A DNA stretch of 62,899 nt, the filler included, from Trichomonas gallinae (lineage: Eukaryota): NCBI GenBank assembly GCA_008369845.1. It is 8 parts of 8 records of this genome, joined end to end, with 100 filler letters (N's around TTAATTAATTAA, not from the genome) between each part and the next. Parts side by side here need not be neighbours in the genome. Positions count along the whole stretch, not along the records: positions 29,288 to 48,690 come from MRSU01000872.1; 7 more parts are not named here. One strand, written 5' to 3'. The notes beneath the pieces are model-generated. The model saw only the letters and a program-made list of their open reading frames with translations. It was not told the origin of the DNA and ran no database searches. The position numbers and the translations under genes are program-made. Below, in pieces: positions 31,161 through 41,912 of this stretch (position 1 is the stretch's first letter; every line of letters begins with the position of its first letter).

Positions 31161-34100
31161 TCACCATAATGGTGTCCATCCATGGTAAAGTGTCGCTAAA
31201 TTATATAGATTAGTTGCCTCATTGATTAACAGTCTCACTTGCTCTTCAATCGGAATCTCTTGGCCAGTGAAATCTCTTCCAACAATTTTGTCAGTAATTC
31301 TATCCAATGCCTTATGTATGTCTAACATTGACAATTCTGATTCTTCTTCTGTTTCAATTGGAACCTGCAAGAAGATGTCCAAGACAGTCATCATTGACTC
31401 TCTGTGGCTCCTGACGATCTTCATCATCTCTTCGGCCGCGATTCTGAAGTTTCCTTCAATCTTCGCAGGTCCGAATGCTCTGACCATCATTCTCGTCAAC
31501 CTGAACGGGACTCCTTCAGGGAACTGCTCCCTGGTCCTCGAAATCTCGAAGCAATCACTGAAGTCAATGTGTATGACGTCGCCGCTCGTTTTATGCATCA
31601 TCAAGTTAGACGGATGCCTGTCGCCGAGTCCCAATATATATCCGATAATTGACATTACTGCGCTTGTCTGCGCGAACCTTGTTGTCCTCTTTATCCACTC
31701 CGTTGATGTTGGAGACCTCATCCAGATTGCTTTCTCTAAGTCGCTGTCTGATGTAGTATCAACTGCCTGCTGTAAGGCTTCGAATCTCTGTATCGTTGTC
31801 ATTTCGTCGATGTTTGTTGTGTAGTTGCTCATTATCATGTCTCTCTCGAGGTTTATGTTGATGCGGCGCTGCTTTCTGTATGATGTGATCAGAGCGTTGA
31901 ATGTGTCTGTGTCATCAATGAACTGAATGATGCCACTCCTATTGGAGATTGGCGTGATGGCGAAAGTATGCAGCGCGAGATCTCTCATTCTTGTGTTAGG
32001 TCCGTTTTTGATGTGCAAATTCATCAGCTGGAAGAACTGCATAACTCTCTGATCGAGTCTCAAGTCTTCGTGTCCCTTAAGGAGAGATCTGTGAGGTTTG
32101 CCATCACTGCCATGGAAAACTATAATTCTCGGGTGTTGTTTAGACACAATGACTTCAAGGAGAGGGTCAACGAAATCGATTGTTACTAGTTCTGTGTTTG
32201 TCTTGAATGTTCCTGGAACTGCTAAAACGAAATTCTTCATCGAGCCAAGCTTTGGGGCCAAATCTGGAAGTTTTAGAGCTCTTATACTCTCTAAGTGCTG
32301 CTTCATTTCCTTGTCTATCTGTAGAAGCTGGTGACGGATTCTCATACTGCGTCTGTCAGGTCCAAAAGTTTGCTGCTGCTCGAAAATTGAGTTAATAATG
32401 TCAAGTTTGCCTGGCCTGTAGAATGCTGAGAATCTGACTTCATCTGGTGTAACTGGTTCAGCTATTTTCGGATAGTGCTGCTTGAAGACGACTCTCGCTG
32501 CGTCGATGTTGTTATCTGCAAGCGCTAAATTGATTTGTGGAATAATAACAAGCCAGCGCTCAAGCTGTGTGTAAGCTGCCTGGAACAATCCTTCGCTGAC
32601 ATCACTTGCCTGCTGTACTGCAAGAGGATTGACTGACCTGAACTTCGAAAGAATCTCTTTGGCAACTTCTCTTCCTTTTTCAGCATGCTCATTGTTGTTT
32701 TCGTCGTTGAGCATCTGGAAGAGCGGATAAAGAAGAGTATTATAGTGATGCGGTAAAAGGCTTGAAATCACTTCTTTCGCGAAGTCAGCGTTTCTCTTTG
32801 ATCCACGCGTTAACTGGGCAAATAACTGAGGAATTATTAACAGAACATATGTTGGATCTAAGTTGTTGATGCAGTGTTTGACTTGTGTGAAAACATCATC
32901 TTGGAGATTTGTAGTGAAAACAATCATAATCATCTGAATTAAATCAGAAAATGATGATGTCGGTCTCATGTTGACTGACTTGATGAATCCTAGAACAGCT
33001 TCTAGCGCATAAGAAGCATTCTTGGCTGGATCACTGTGCCACGTTTGCGAATATGCCCAGGCTAGTCTGTGCTGCGCCTTGTAAAAGTTAGGATCAATTT
33101 TGAGGGCTTCCTGTATATAAGGAATTGCTTCAAGGACATATTTCTGTAGCTTATCAGGTGGATGCGTTCTTAAAATGTAGTGGCCGATCATGTAATTGAT
33201 TCGTGCGTGTATGTGGCTTGGTGTTCCATCTTGCTTGATATTCTTTAAGCGCTCAATGGCTTCTTGCTGTTTATTGTGGGAGAAGTTAAATCTAGCAATG
33301 GCAAATTGAATCTCTGCTCTTTCCATCAGCTCCGGTGTAATATTTCCAACGAAACTATCGAATGCACCCCAGTCTCTAGTGTTAAGCCACCTTGAAATCA
33401 ATGTTGCGCTGTATTTAGTGATTTCCTCGTTCGTTAAAGCGGGTCTTCTCACATCGAAAATTATTCTGAACTCGTCATATTCTGGCCTCGAAAGAGCCAA
33501 TCTTTGTGACCATTGCTCTTTGTTGACTTCATCGTGCGCTTGCTCGAGAACTTCTGTGAAAGCCATTGACAAGACAAGTGTCTTATATAGCATAGATTTA
33601 TCATGTTTGAATCTTGATCTAGCTTGCGTTGTTAGAATATTTCTTGCTTTTTCTACAATTTCGACAACTGTTTCTTTCTCTCCGCAGACTAATGCAGAGA
33701 CAGCGGCATAAAGTCTTGGCAGTGGGCCTTCATTTGTGATTCTTGGGATCAAGTCAAGAACTTCTTTATGTCTTCCCTTAAAGTGTAAAGCTGTTATTAG
33801 TTGTTTGATGCTCTTTGAATCACCAGCGAGAATTCTATCTTGCTGCTCGATAACTTCGTCCCACCTCATCAGTTTCGACAAACATCTGACAACGCCTTCT
33901 TCATTGTTCGCTTTCTTGTAGCCTTCCAGCGCGTTATTCCAGTCTTCGAGTTGCTCGTACCATCCTGCAGGAATCTCTCCGTGTCCGAATGTCGTAACTA
34001 ATCCGAAGCACGTCTCTTTGAGTCCCAAAGTTGATGCCAAAATAACCATTTGATTTTTCGCGTCCACTGATCCTTCATCCAAGAACCAGCGAGTTGCGAA

Positions 34101-37100
34101 ATAATAAGCTTGAGCGTGGTGTCCGAGTTTAGTGCATATATCGCATAATCCTTTGTAGGATAAACCGAGGGGAGACTCAGCCCTATCCATGAATTCGACG
34201 AGAGAAACTAGCATGGAACGCGATCCATCGGATAACTCAGAGTTGATTGCATTGCTGATGATTATCTGCATCTTGCGCTGATATTCTGGAGTCATGCATT
34301 CCCAGCAACTCAAGAATCCGATGTTAAACAAAGAGTCTGTGACAGATTGGATATGTTGAGCAATAGAAGCCGTGAGATTGATGCAGAAAACAGGCGAATT
34401 CGAAATAACAGAAAAGACAAACCTCCTGAACCACTCTTTCCTCTGCCATGAATACTCGGCTTCTTTGTAATCGACGGCTTCGAACAAATTCTGCACGTTG
34501 AATGCTGTTGTGTGATTAACTGGATCCTGCTGAACATTTATTTTAGATGGATCGGAAGTGTTTAACAATGGATAGTCGGAGAACTTCAATTGCTGTCCTT
34601 TTTTGATTCTGTCGTTTAATTCGTTGAATAAAGGAAAAGCTTTTCTATCATCGTTCAAAAAGGCGGAGACTTGGCCTATATATGGCTCGAATGTTGGTCC
34701 AATACTGATCTGCAGACTATATAAGACTTGTAGAGCCACATCTGTTAATTGTGGCTGATTTAATTTCAGTGTAACAGTTATGCAGCGAATAATTTCTCCC
34801 GAGAAAGGTTTTAATGGCATTGATTGTATTAGAACTCTTAAGGCGACTAAAGCAGATATTCTCACTTTATATTGCGTACTTGTATAAGTTACTGCAGCTG
34901 TCAAATCAGGGATGATCAAGAACATATAATCGCTGGAAAGTCGTCTCAAAGCGAGCAAACTGTTGATGACTTTTTCACTAATCGAAACGTTTGTTGTTCT
35001 GTAGTTGTGCAAACAGTCGAGAAGCAGAGAAATGCACTGAGGAAGGAAGGGGCTGAATCTATCAAGCAAAACTGAAGCTAATGCAGGAATAATAGACAAA
35101 ATATCGTTAAGTGCATCAGTTGTCCATAGTTCGACAATAAGCGAAATAATTTCGTCCGAAAAAGTCGTCAGCCAAACTGCTGGAGACTGAGTGCACAGTT
35201 TTTGCATGTTTGCGAGTAATACTGAGTTATGAGAAGTTCTTATCATTCCAATCAATTTAGGTATGAACCTCCTAAACAATTCGTATAACGAAGGATCTTT
35301 TGTGCAAAAGATTAATACTAAAATTCTGGCGACTTCCACATGATCAGCTGACATACTTTGGTCATTGAGGACATTGAGAAGACTTGTGCAAACAACATTG
35401 AGATAGTAGCTCTGCTTATTGACGTCTATTTCTACATCAACACCGCCTTCATCTGTTTCTTCTATTTTGGCAATGCTTGGATCAACGGCTCCGAGTAAGC
35501 CGAGTAACTTTGTGATAGCTAAATATAATGATCTCGAATTCCATTTCGCTGCAATTGCGATGGCTTCTGCTGCGAGAGCCGCTCTGTTGAATGATGTGTC
35601 TGACGATAAGTGAGGGACAATGACAATTAACGTTTCAACGACAAGAACTTTTAATTTCTTCTGCGAATATTCTCTTAAAATTCTAACAGCGGATGATAAA
35701 ATTTCTTGTGAATGATTTTTTATCAGATCGAAATTTACCAATGCAACTGTTTTGATTAGTTCGATGAAATTTTGGCTGGTTTCTGTGTGTGAAAGCATCT
35801 CGAAGTACGTCATTTTCTGTGTAGGTGGCTGTGAAAAGTGGGCGATAATCGTGTTCATTAAGTCGTCGATATATATCGGAAGCAAATCTGTTGACTTCGC
35901 AATGACTTTCAGAAGTCTTGACGTTTCTGCTCTTAACGTGTGGCTTCCTGGCTCTTTAAGTATGAACATTGTGTTTAGAATTAAGTGTCTTATAACTGGC
36001 TCCACTGATAAAGGAGTCATTGCTGCGATGTTAACGAGCAGATCCATTGCAGCTATTTTCACGTCAATGTTTTCATCATTCGCTAAAACTTCTAACCACT
36101 TTAAAGCTGAAATAGACGACAAATATCTGTATGTTGCAGGATTAAAAGCTTGTATGATTGCTAATCTGCTCTTAGGATTGCGTTCGACCATGCAACTCGT
36201 CAACAATTGGTCAGTCATCTGCGACAAAATTTTCGGGTCCATGAATTGGCCTTGGTGTAGATATGCTTCAGGTGCTGCTGCTCTTATAGTGTCGTTGGGG
36301 TGAGATAAGAGCTGTGAGATCAGGTTAAGCAGCTCAGGGTTGTTTATTGGATGACATTTGGCGAGAATTTTCAGCGCTAAAATATCTTGTTTTTTAAGTA
36401 ATTGTATTATCGCGTGAACAAATTGATGCTTTAAAGCTCCCCAGAGTTCTGGAGCCTTTTTGAATAGCCTGGGCATGTATTCGACGTAGTGTGGTGTGAT
36501 ATTAGCAATTCCTAAGATTTGAATAATTTGTTGAAGATTTCGAATTAAAAATGGCTCGTTTTTAGGTATTTCATCCATTAGTTCAAGTAAAATATATCCA
36601 TGCGGTATAGATGGGTTCCAGAGCATCGCAGTTAAAGTTTTTAGAATATCATTCTTTTTATGTGTCAAATATTCAGGAAAGAGACGTATTGTTTCAATAT
36701 ATGTATTAGCAAGTACTGGCGTGATTCCCCTCACTGTGGTGATGCTTGATAAGTAATAGAAAAAGGCGCTCACGTAATTTGATTTAAATGATTCTATATC
36801 TAATTGTGCTGCTTTAATTTGGCACCAAAGAACGACTTCGTGACATTTAAAGTTCTTAAATACGGAATATTTTGAAATAATTAATTGCAATCCTGCAGAT
36901 TTGCTTTTTAGATAAGGAAGAGCAAAAGAATGGCCAAGAATCACAGCTAAAACACCAAAAGCTATATCAATTTGATTTTCACGGATGCAATCTTCGAATA
37001 TTGTATAAAATTCGTTAACGTGTCTCATTTTTGTTTGATCATCTTTAGTTGATAAGTAAACCATGAAATTTTCGATTGTGTCTCTGCAAATTGGCATTAA

Positions 37101-37625
37101 ATCGGATTTTTTCGTTAGAATAGTTTTTATGCAATCCATAAACATTTGAAAATCAATCAAAATTGTACGAGTGCAATATTTAGATAAATAGTATAAGAAA
37201 TATGTCGGTGCCAGTAAGTCTGATGATTCTTTAATTTTTGTAGCGTATATATTAATTTTTTTACGCGAAAACGCTGAATCTTCTTGCTTGCATAGTTTTG
37301 CTAAAACAAATGTAAGATATATTTGCACATGTTGAGATCTGTCTGTATTAAATTTGTTGAGATACGAATCAAATCGCGATATTTCATTTGAAAATATCTT
37401 GTGAATTGCATAAATTACGTATAACGATCTGGCACCAGCTGCAATATCCTGCGAAGAAACAGCTCTGTCGAAGTTAGAGAAGCAATCAGCGCAAAATGCG
37501 TTCAACTGGTCCTTCGTGTATGTATTTAGAACAGACCATAGTGACTCCTTGTACTCCTTGGACTGACTGATCATCACATTAAAGTCAAAGGTTACAGCTA
37601 TGGAGTCAAATTGGCTGCTCTTCAT
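31161..37625 (-). CDS. TOR: TOR-like PIKK kinase (HEAT-FAT-FRB-kinase-FATC)
   Basis: LLGAVDP, LFNIGFLSCW, IPQLFA, LAVPGT, SKQHPR, LLKGHEDLRLDQRVMQ, GYILGLGDRHPSN, VPFRLTRM, FATC LYHGWTPLW. Confidence 0.92.
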   Translation of the reverse strand: MKSSQFDSIAVTFDFNVMISQSKEYKESLWSVLNTYTKDQLNAFCADCFSNFDRAVSSQDIAAGARSLYVIYAIHKIFSNEISRFDSYLNKFNTDRSQHVQIYLTFVLAKLCKQEDSAFSRKKINIYATKIKESSDLLAPTYFLYYLSKYCTRTILIDFQMFMDCIKTILTKKSDLMPICRDTIENFMVYLSTKDDQTKMRHVNEFYTIFEDCIRENQIDIAFGVLAVILGHSFALPYLKSKSAGLQLIISKYSVFKNFKCHEVVLWCQIKAAQLDIESFKSNYVSAFFYYLSSITTVRGITPVLANTYIETIRLFPEYLTHKKNDILKTLTAMLWNPSIPHGYILLELMDEIPKNEPFLIRNLQQIIQILGIANITPHYVEYMPRLFKKAPELWGALKHQFVHAIIQLLKKQDILALKILAKCHPINNPELLNLISQLLSHPNDTIRAAAPEAYLHQGQFMDPKILSQMTDQLLTSCMVERNPKSRLAIIQAFNPATYRYLSSISALKWLEVLANDENIDVKIAAMDLLVNIAAMTPLSVEPVIRHLILNTMFILKEPGSHTLRAETSRLLKVIAKSTDLLPIYIDDLMNTIIAHFSQPPTQKMTYFEMLSHTETSQNFIELIKTVALVNFDLIKNHSQEILSSAVRILREYSQKKLKVLVVETLIVIVPHLSSDTSFNRAALAAEAIAIAAKWNSRSLYLAITKLLGLLGAVDPSIAKIEETDEGGVDVEIDVNKQSYYLNVVCTSLLNVLNDQSMSADHVEVARILVLIFCTKDPSLYELFRRFIPKLIGMIRTSHNSVLLANMQKLCTQSPAVWLTTFSDEIISLIVELWTTDALNDILSIIPALASVLLDRFSPFLPQCISLLLDCLHNYRTTNVSISEKVINSLLALRRLSSDYMFLIIPDLTAAVTYTSTQYKVRISALVALRVLIQSMPLKPFSGEIIRCITVTLKLNQPQLTDVALQVLYSLQISIGPTFEPYIGQVSAFLNDDRKAFPLFNELNDRIKKGQQLKFSDYPLLNTSDPSKINVQQDPVNHTTAFNVQNLFEAVDYKEAEYSWQRKEWFRRFVFSVISNSPVFCINLTASIAQHIQSVTDSLFNIGFLSCWECMTPEYQRKMQIIISNAINSELSDGSRSMLVSLVEFMDRAESPLGLSYKGLCDICTKLGHHAQAYYFATRWFLDEGSVDAKNQMVILASTLGLKETCFGLVTTFGHGEIPAGWYEQLEDWNNALEGYKKANNEEGVVRCLSKLMRWDEVIEQQDRILAGDSKSIKQLITALHFKGRHKEVLDLIPRITNEGPLPRLYAAVSALVCGEKETVVEIVEKARNILTTQARSRFKHDKSMLYKTLVLSMAFTEVLEQAHDEVNKEQWSQRLALSRPEYDEFRIIFDVRRPALTNEEITKYSATLISRWLNTRDWGAFDSFVGNITPELMERAEIQFAIARFNFSHNKQQEAIERLKNIKQDGTPSHIHARINYMIGHYILRTHPPDKLQKYVLEAIPYIQEALKIDPNFYKAQHRLAWAYSQTWHSDPAKNASYALEAVLGFIKSVNMRPTSSFSDLIQMIMIVFTTNLQDDVFTQVKHCINNLDPTYVLLIIPQLFAQLTRGSKRNADFAKEVISSLLPHHYNTLLYPLFQMLNDENNNEHAEKGREVAKEILSKFRSVNPLAVQQASDVSEGLFQAAYTQLERWLVIIPQINLALADNNIDAARVVFKQHYPKIAEPVTPDEVRFSAFYRPGKLDIINSIFEQQQTFGPDRRSMRIRHQLLQIDKEMKQHLESIRALKLPDLAPKLGSMKNFVLAVPGTFKTNTELVTIDFVDPLLEVIVSKQHPRIIVFHGSDGKPHRSLLKGHEDLRLDQRVMQFFQLMNLHIKNGPNTRMRDLALHTFAITPISNRSGIIQFIDDTDTFNALITSYRKQRRININLERDMIMSNYTTNIDEMTTIQRFEALQQAVDTTSDSDLEKAIWMRSPTSTEWIKRTTRFAQTSAVMSIIGYILGLGDRHPSNLMMHKTSGDVIHIDFSDCFEISRTREQFPEGVPFRLTRMMVRAFGPAKIEGNFRIAAEEMMKIVRSHRESMMTVLDIFLQVPIETEEESELSMLDIHKALDRITDKIVGRDFTGQEIPIEEQVRLLINEATNLYNLATLYHGWTPLW

Positions 37626-38179
37626 TATTTTGATTTTAAAAAATCTAAAAAACAAACTCTTACAGCATGTTATATCCAAATATTCAGTTTTTGATCTAAA
37701 ATTTTCTAGTTCGCTAAAAATCATAAAAGTGACATAATCATTGTCACTTTTCGGCAAATAATTTGAATAGTTTATATCGTAAACTACTCAATTCTATTTT
37801 TATTTGAAAAATGATTTTTTATTATAAAAAGTTCTTATCATGACTCATGTTCATAAATCAGAAGAGATCAAAGTAAATACTTATTGTTTATACATCTATA
37901 TATCCTCAAATATGTAGTAGAGAAAATTCATCAAATTATTTTTTGCTTATCATATACATCTGGAATAAAATAATTACTCTATTTCGAAGATATGTATATT
38001 GAACTCGATCGTTATATAACATATGTTATTGCTAATTGGTTCTATGATTTTGATATTTAGCAATAATATAGAATCATTATTTTGCAAATATAAAACCATA
38101 AATCATCAATAGCATTAAACTAATATTTCAAAGATATTATAGAAAAAATGCTAAATTAAGCAAAAAATCTTAGGATAAT

Positions 38180-39529
38180 TTAGAGCTCATCCTTGCTATC
38201 CTTGTATTCGGCGATCTGCTTCTCGACACCTTCTGTTGTCTCTTCCATCTTCTTAGCGTATGTGATCTTGCCGCCCTTGATGCCGACGACGAATGGAAGA
38301 TCTTCGCCAACGTTCTGGAGTGGCCAGTCGTTCATGGCAACAGAGAAGCGGCCGTAAACGATGTCCTTGCTGTTCTTAACGAGTTCCTTTGTAGCGTTGA
38401 CATATGGCTCAATTGGAGCGAGGTTGGAATAGTAGATTGCGAGGAGTGCATCCTTCTTGTCTTCAACGAACTGAAGGAGGGAAACAGCAGAGAATGGCTG
38501 GATCTCACCCTTAACCTGCTGTGGCTCGAGCTCTGTCTTCCAGAACTTCTTGGCTGTACCATCATTGACTTTGTTGACGAATTCGACAGCTGTCTCGAGT
38601 GAAAGCTCCTTGTCGAGCATGTACTTGAATGTGCGCTCGCCGCGGCCATCAATGATTGCCATTGTTGAATCGAGGACATCAGAGAGACCGTACATTGTGC
38701 CTGTGACGTGGGAGGACTCGATATCGCTGTATGTGATGTTGAGGCCTGTCTGCTCCTTGAGCTTACGGGCGAGGTCGAGCTGTTCCTGTGTGAGGTAGAA
38801 ATCGTCCATCTGGAGCATGAGGATGATGTACATTTGCTTCTGGCTCTCCCACATTGCGGCGACCTGTGATGTGATCTTCGGGAATTCTGGGAATGTGTTC
38901 TCGTTTACGACTTCGATGAGCTGCTTAAGGTCGTAGTTAGCAACATCAGGGAGTTCGACAATGCTGGAGTCGAGGTAGCGGTAGAGGAAGAAGCCCTCCT
39001 TGCCGAAAACTGATGGGCTGACGTAAACAACGCTGATTTCGTAGAAATATTCGCGATAGAATTCTGCGAGGCGTGGATACTTCTCATCATTTGCATCAGC
39101 CTTAGCAACAATGATGCCTGTAGCTGTTGAAGCGTAGAACTCTTCGAGAGCTTCCTTTGTGTTAATTGTTGCAACTGGGTCAATGAAATTAGTGTTGATG
39201 AAAGCAACAATGAAATCTTCATCAAAACCACGGTACTGTGTGCGAATAACTTTGTTGTCCTTTGTGTAGATTAAAGCTGGGAAATCCTTAACACCGAGTA
39301 ATTCCTTAGCATTGGCGTCCTTTGATGTGTCAACAACAATGTAGTTGGCATTGACTGTTGAAAGGTGGGCAGAGCGAACGAATGCGCGAGAGATTGTCGC
39401 GTATTCGAACTCATCGCTAGAGCAGGCGAAAATGAATGTTGGGCCTGTCTTCATGACCTCCAAAGCATTGGCAACGTTGCCATATTGGATCTTAATAGCT
39501 GCTACACTCGAAAGAAATGCGGCGAACAT
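38180..39529 (-). CDS. PDI-like thioredoxin-fold ER protein lacking CXXC, probably highly expressed
   Basis: Signal peptide, LGVKDFPALI thioredoxin motif, C-terminal KDEL, strong C-ending codon bias, Inr TCATT 10 nt upstream. Confidence 0.78.
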   Translation of the reverse strand: MFAAFLSSVAAIKIQYGNVANALEVMKTGPTFIFACSSDEFEYATISRAFVRSAHLSTVNANYIVVDTSKDANAKELLGVKDFPALIYTKDNKVIRTQYRGFDEDFIVAFINTNFIDPVATINTKEALEEFYASTATGIIVAKADANDEKYPRLAEFYREYFYEISVVYVSPSVFGKEGFFLYRYLDSSIVELPDVANYDLKQLIEVVNENTFPEFPKITSQVAAMWESQKQMYIILMLQMDDFYLTQEQLDLARKLKEQTGLNITYSDIESSHVTGTMYGLSDVLDSTMAIIDGRGERTFKYMLDKELSLETAVEFVNKVNDGTAKKFWKTELEPQQVKGEIQPFSAVSLLQFVEDKKDALLAIYYSNLAPIEPYVNATKELVKNSKDIVYGRFSVAMNDWPLQNVGEDLPFVVGIKGGKITYAKKMEETTEGVEKQIAEYKDSKDEL

Positions 39530-39700
39530 TTAAGAAAATGAAGTCAATAAACTGAAATTCAATAATTTCTATGCGCTCATACAATATTTTATCAGCAATT
39601 TTACATGACAAAAAATCAAAAATTTTGGCAGATTTCATATTTTTTTGTAAAATTTACAATTTACATGACAGAAAATATTCAGACGTTTACAGGAATAAAA

Positions 39701-41503
39701 ATGAGCAATGATTTTCGGCTCTTGGATCGAATCCAGAAGGAGACGAATATAGATAAGCTCAAGAGTCTGTTTATACAAACTATTCATAGCTACGAGGCAC
39801 AATTAGTTGGCATACAAGAGTCTAACGAATCACAAATCGAGAGTTTACAATTGCAACTGAGCGACAGCAATGCATCAGTCAATGCATTAAACCTTCAAAT
39901 CAAAAAATTGAAAGAGTTGCAGGAAAATGAACTTGACAAAGCCTACGAAAACGAAAAATTACTTCAAGAAGCTCTAAAAGAAGCCAAATCGCAAACAACA
40001 AGTATGATGTCATCCCTACAAGATTCAGATAACGAAGGAATGAAACTTCTTCAAGAAACTAATAATAAACTCAGCGCAGAAAATGTAATCCTTCAAAATC
40101 AAGTGAAAACACTCCAAAGTCGTAATAAAGCATTACACATCGCAATTAGTAACTATTCACAGCAATTACATGACATCAAAGCGACAAAAAACGAATTATT
40201 GCATGATATCTCGAAATTTTATTCGACAACAAAGAAATCAATTCGAGCTTCTAAGGCTCTTGCTTACAATGCACTTGATTTATATACTAATTCACAAAAT
40301 AAGATTAAATTATTATATAACGGATTAGCAGAATGCAAACAAGCTGTTCAAGAACTTCGTGTGCAATTCCCACCTAGACCAGATTTTAACTTAAGAACAT
40401 ATAAACTTGCAACAGAAAAAATTGTCGCAAAATACATTTCAGAAAGTCAAGAGCAGATGTTTGATGAATACAGAAGCTACGAGAGAAAGTTCAAAGGCCA
40501 AATGCGCTCAAAGATAGTTGAGGAGAGGAATACCTTGTCTTCGCTCAAAGCTCTTTGTTTGAGCACCTCATCTGCCTTTAGATTATTCGTGCAAAGTTTC
40601 AACAAGAATCTTTCGATATTAAGAGAAACAACAATGGCGGCAATAAACTCAATTGATACTAGAATAGAACAGAACAGGCAGAAAGAAGCCAAAAAGACAA
40701 AACAAGCGCAAAGAGAACTGAAACAGGCTCAAACACAGATATTGTTACTTGAAAAACAACTCGAAAATCTTCGCGAAAAACGAAGAAAAGACAAATTAAA
40801 AGAAAAAAGTTCTACGCGTTCATCATCGAGAATATCCATTTCTTCACAGCCAGTGATGACACCAGCTACTCTAGTAAGCGTTGGAACACTCGCACATATA
40901 TTAACACCGCATTTAGACACAATGCGCGAGAGAACAAAAAGAGCATCAAAAGAGGCAGAAATTTCAGTTTTGTCAAACGAAGTCAGACGTAAAGATGATA
41001 AAATCAACACGCTTGAAAGCCAGATAGCAGGCCTAAGGCGCATAATAAAGAGAACAGAAGAAAATGCAGACGAAGAAAGCGGAAAAATTAAGCAGCAAAT
41101 TGTTGAGTTGGAGGAGCAGCTGAGAAATGAACGCGCGAGCACTCAAAAGAAGACCAACTCTATCACTAAGCTGCAAAAGAACTTAGATGAGATACAGAAG
41201 GTTGCACAAATGGTTGAACCTCTTTCCACAACAATCTTGAAAGTGTTTAAGTCTTGCTCTGACAAGTTGGAGCCACTTTTATCTGAGCAAGCAATTTCAC
41301 CAGATTTAACAGAACTTGATGAATTGTCAAAGCAATTCTTTAATGTGCCAATTCACAAGATATGTGCTCCTCAGTTTTCTAGAGCATATCTTAAGAAGCA
41401 AGAGCATAGATTCAACACTGCACTGCAAAATCGCGATGTTGATGAAATGGTATCAATATTAGATGGAATGTTTGATGAATTAGCTAAGAAATCATCACAA
41501 TGA
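39701..41503 (+). CDS. long coiled-coil protein
   Basis: Heptad-rich Q/E/K/L sequence. Start uncertain (ATGs at 39605, 39665, 39701). Confidence 0.75.
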   Translation: MSNDFRLLDRIQKETNIDKLKSLFIQTIHSYEAQLVGIQESNESQIESLQLQLSDSNASVNALNLQIKKLKELQENELDKAYENEKLLQEALKEAKSQTTSMMSSLQDSDNEGMKLLQETNNKLSAENVILQNQVKTLQSRNKALHIAISNYSQQLHDIKATKNELLHDISKFYSTTKKSIRASKALAYNALDLYTNSQNKIKLLYNGLAECKQAVQELRVQFPPRPDFNLRTYKLATEKIVAKYISESQEQMFDEYRSYERKFKGQMRSKIVEERNTLSSLKALCLSTSSAFRLFVQSFNKNLSILRETTMAAINSIDTRIEQNRQKEAKKTKQAQRELKQAQTQILLLEKQLENLREKRRKDKLKEKSSTRSSSRISISSQPVMTPATLVSVGTLAHILTPHLDTMRERTKRASKEAEISVLSNEVRRKDDKINTLESQIAGLRRIIKRTEENADEESGKIKQQIVELEEQLRNERASTQKKTNSITKLQKNLDEIQKVAQMVEPLSTTILKVFKSCSDKLEPLLSEQAISPDLTELDELSKQFFNVPIHKICAPQFSRAYLKKQEHRFNTALQNRDVDEMVSILDGMFDELAKKSSQ

Positions 41504-41912
41504 TCCATTCTATTTTATAGTTTGTTTGTTAATTTATATTTATTAAATATTATAAATTCAAAAATGATTTTTTATCCAATTTTGAAAAAGAATCAAAATC
41601 AACAGATGAATTATAGCATATATAAACATAAATTATTGACAAATCATTGAATTTGCAAAATTTCAAAATATTAATGAAATTATCAAATTTGGAAAATAGA
41701 TTCATAACATTTAGACGAAATTTAATTTAATTTGAAACGTTTTATATGTTAAACTTCGAAATTATCAAGATATATTTTGAAAAATAGGCTTTAAGCATTA
41801 GTGAATATGATAGGATAACAATTTATTAGAATTTGGTTAATGAAAATATATTATTTTAACAAAATACTTTTAAAACATACAAATACAATATATATAGCTA
41901 AGAAATTACACT

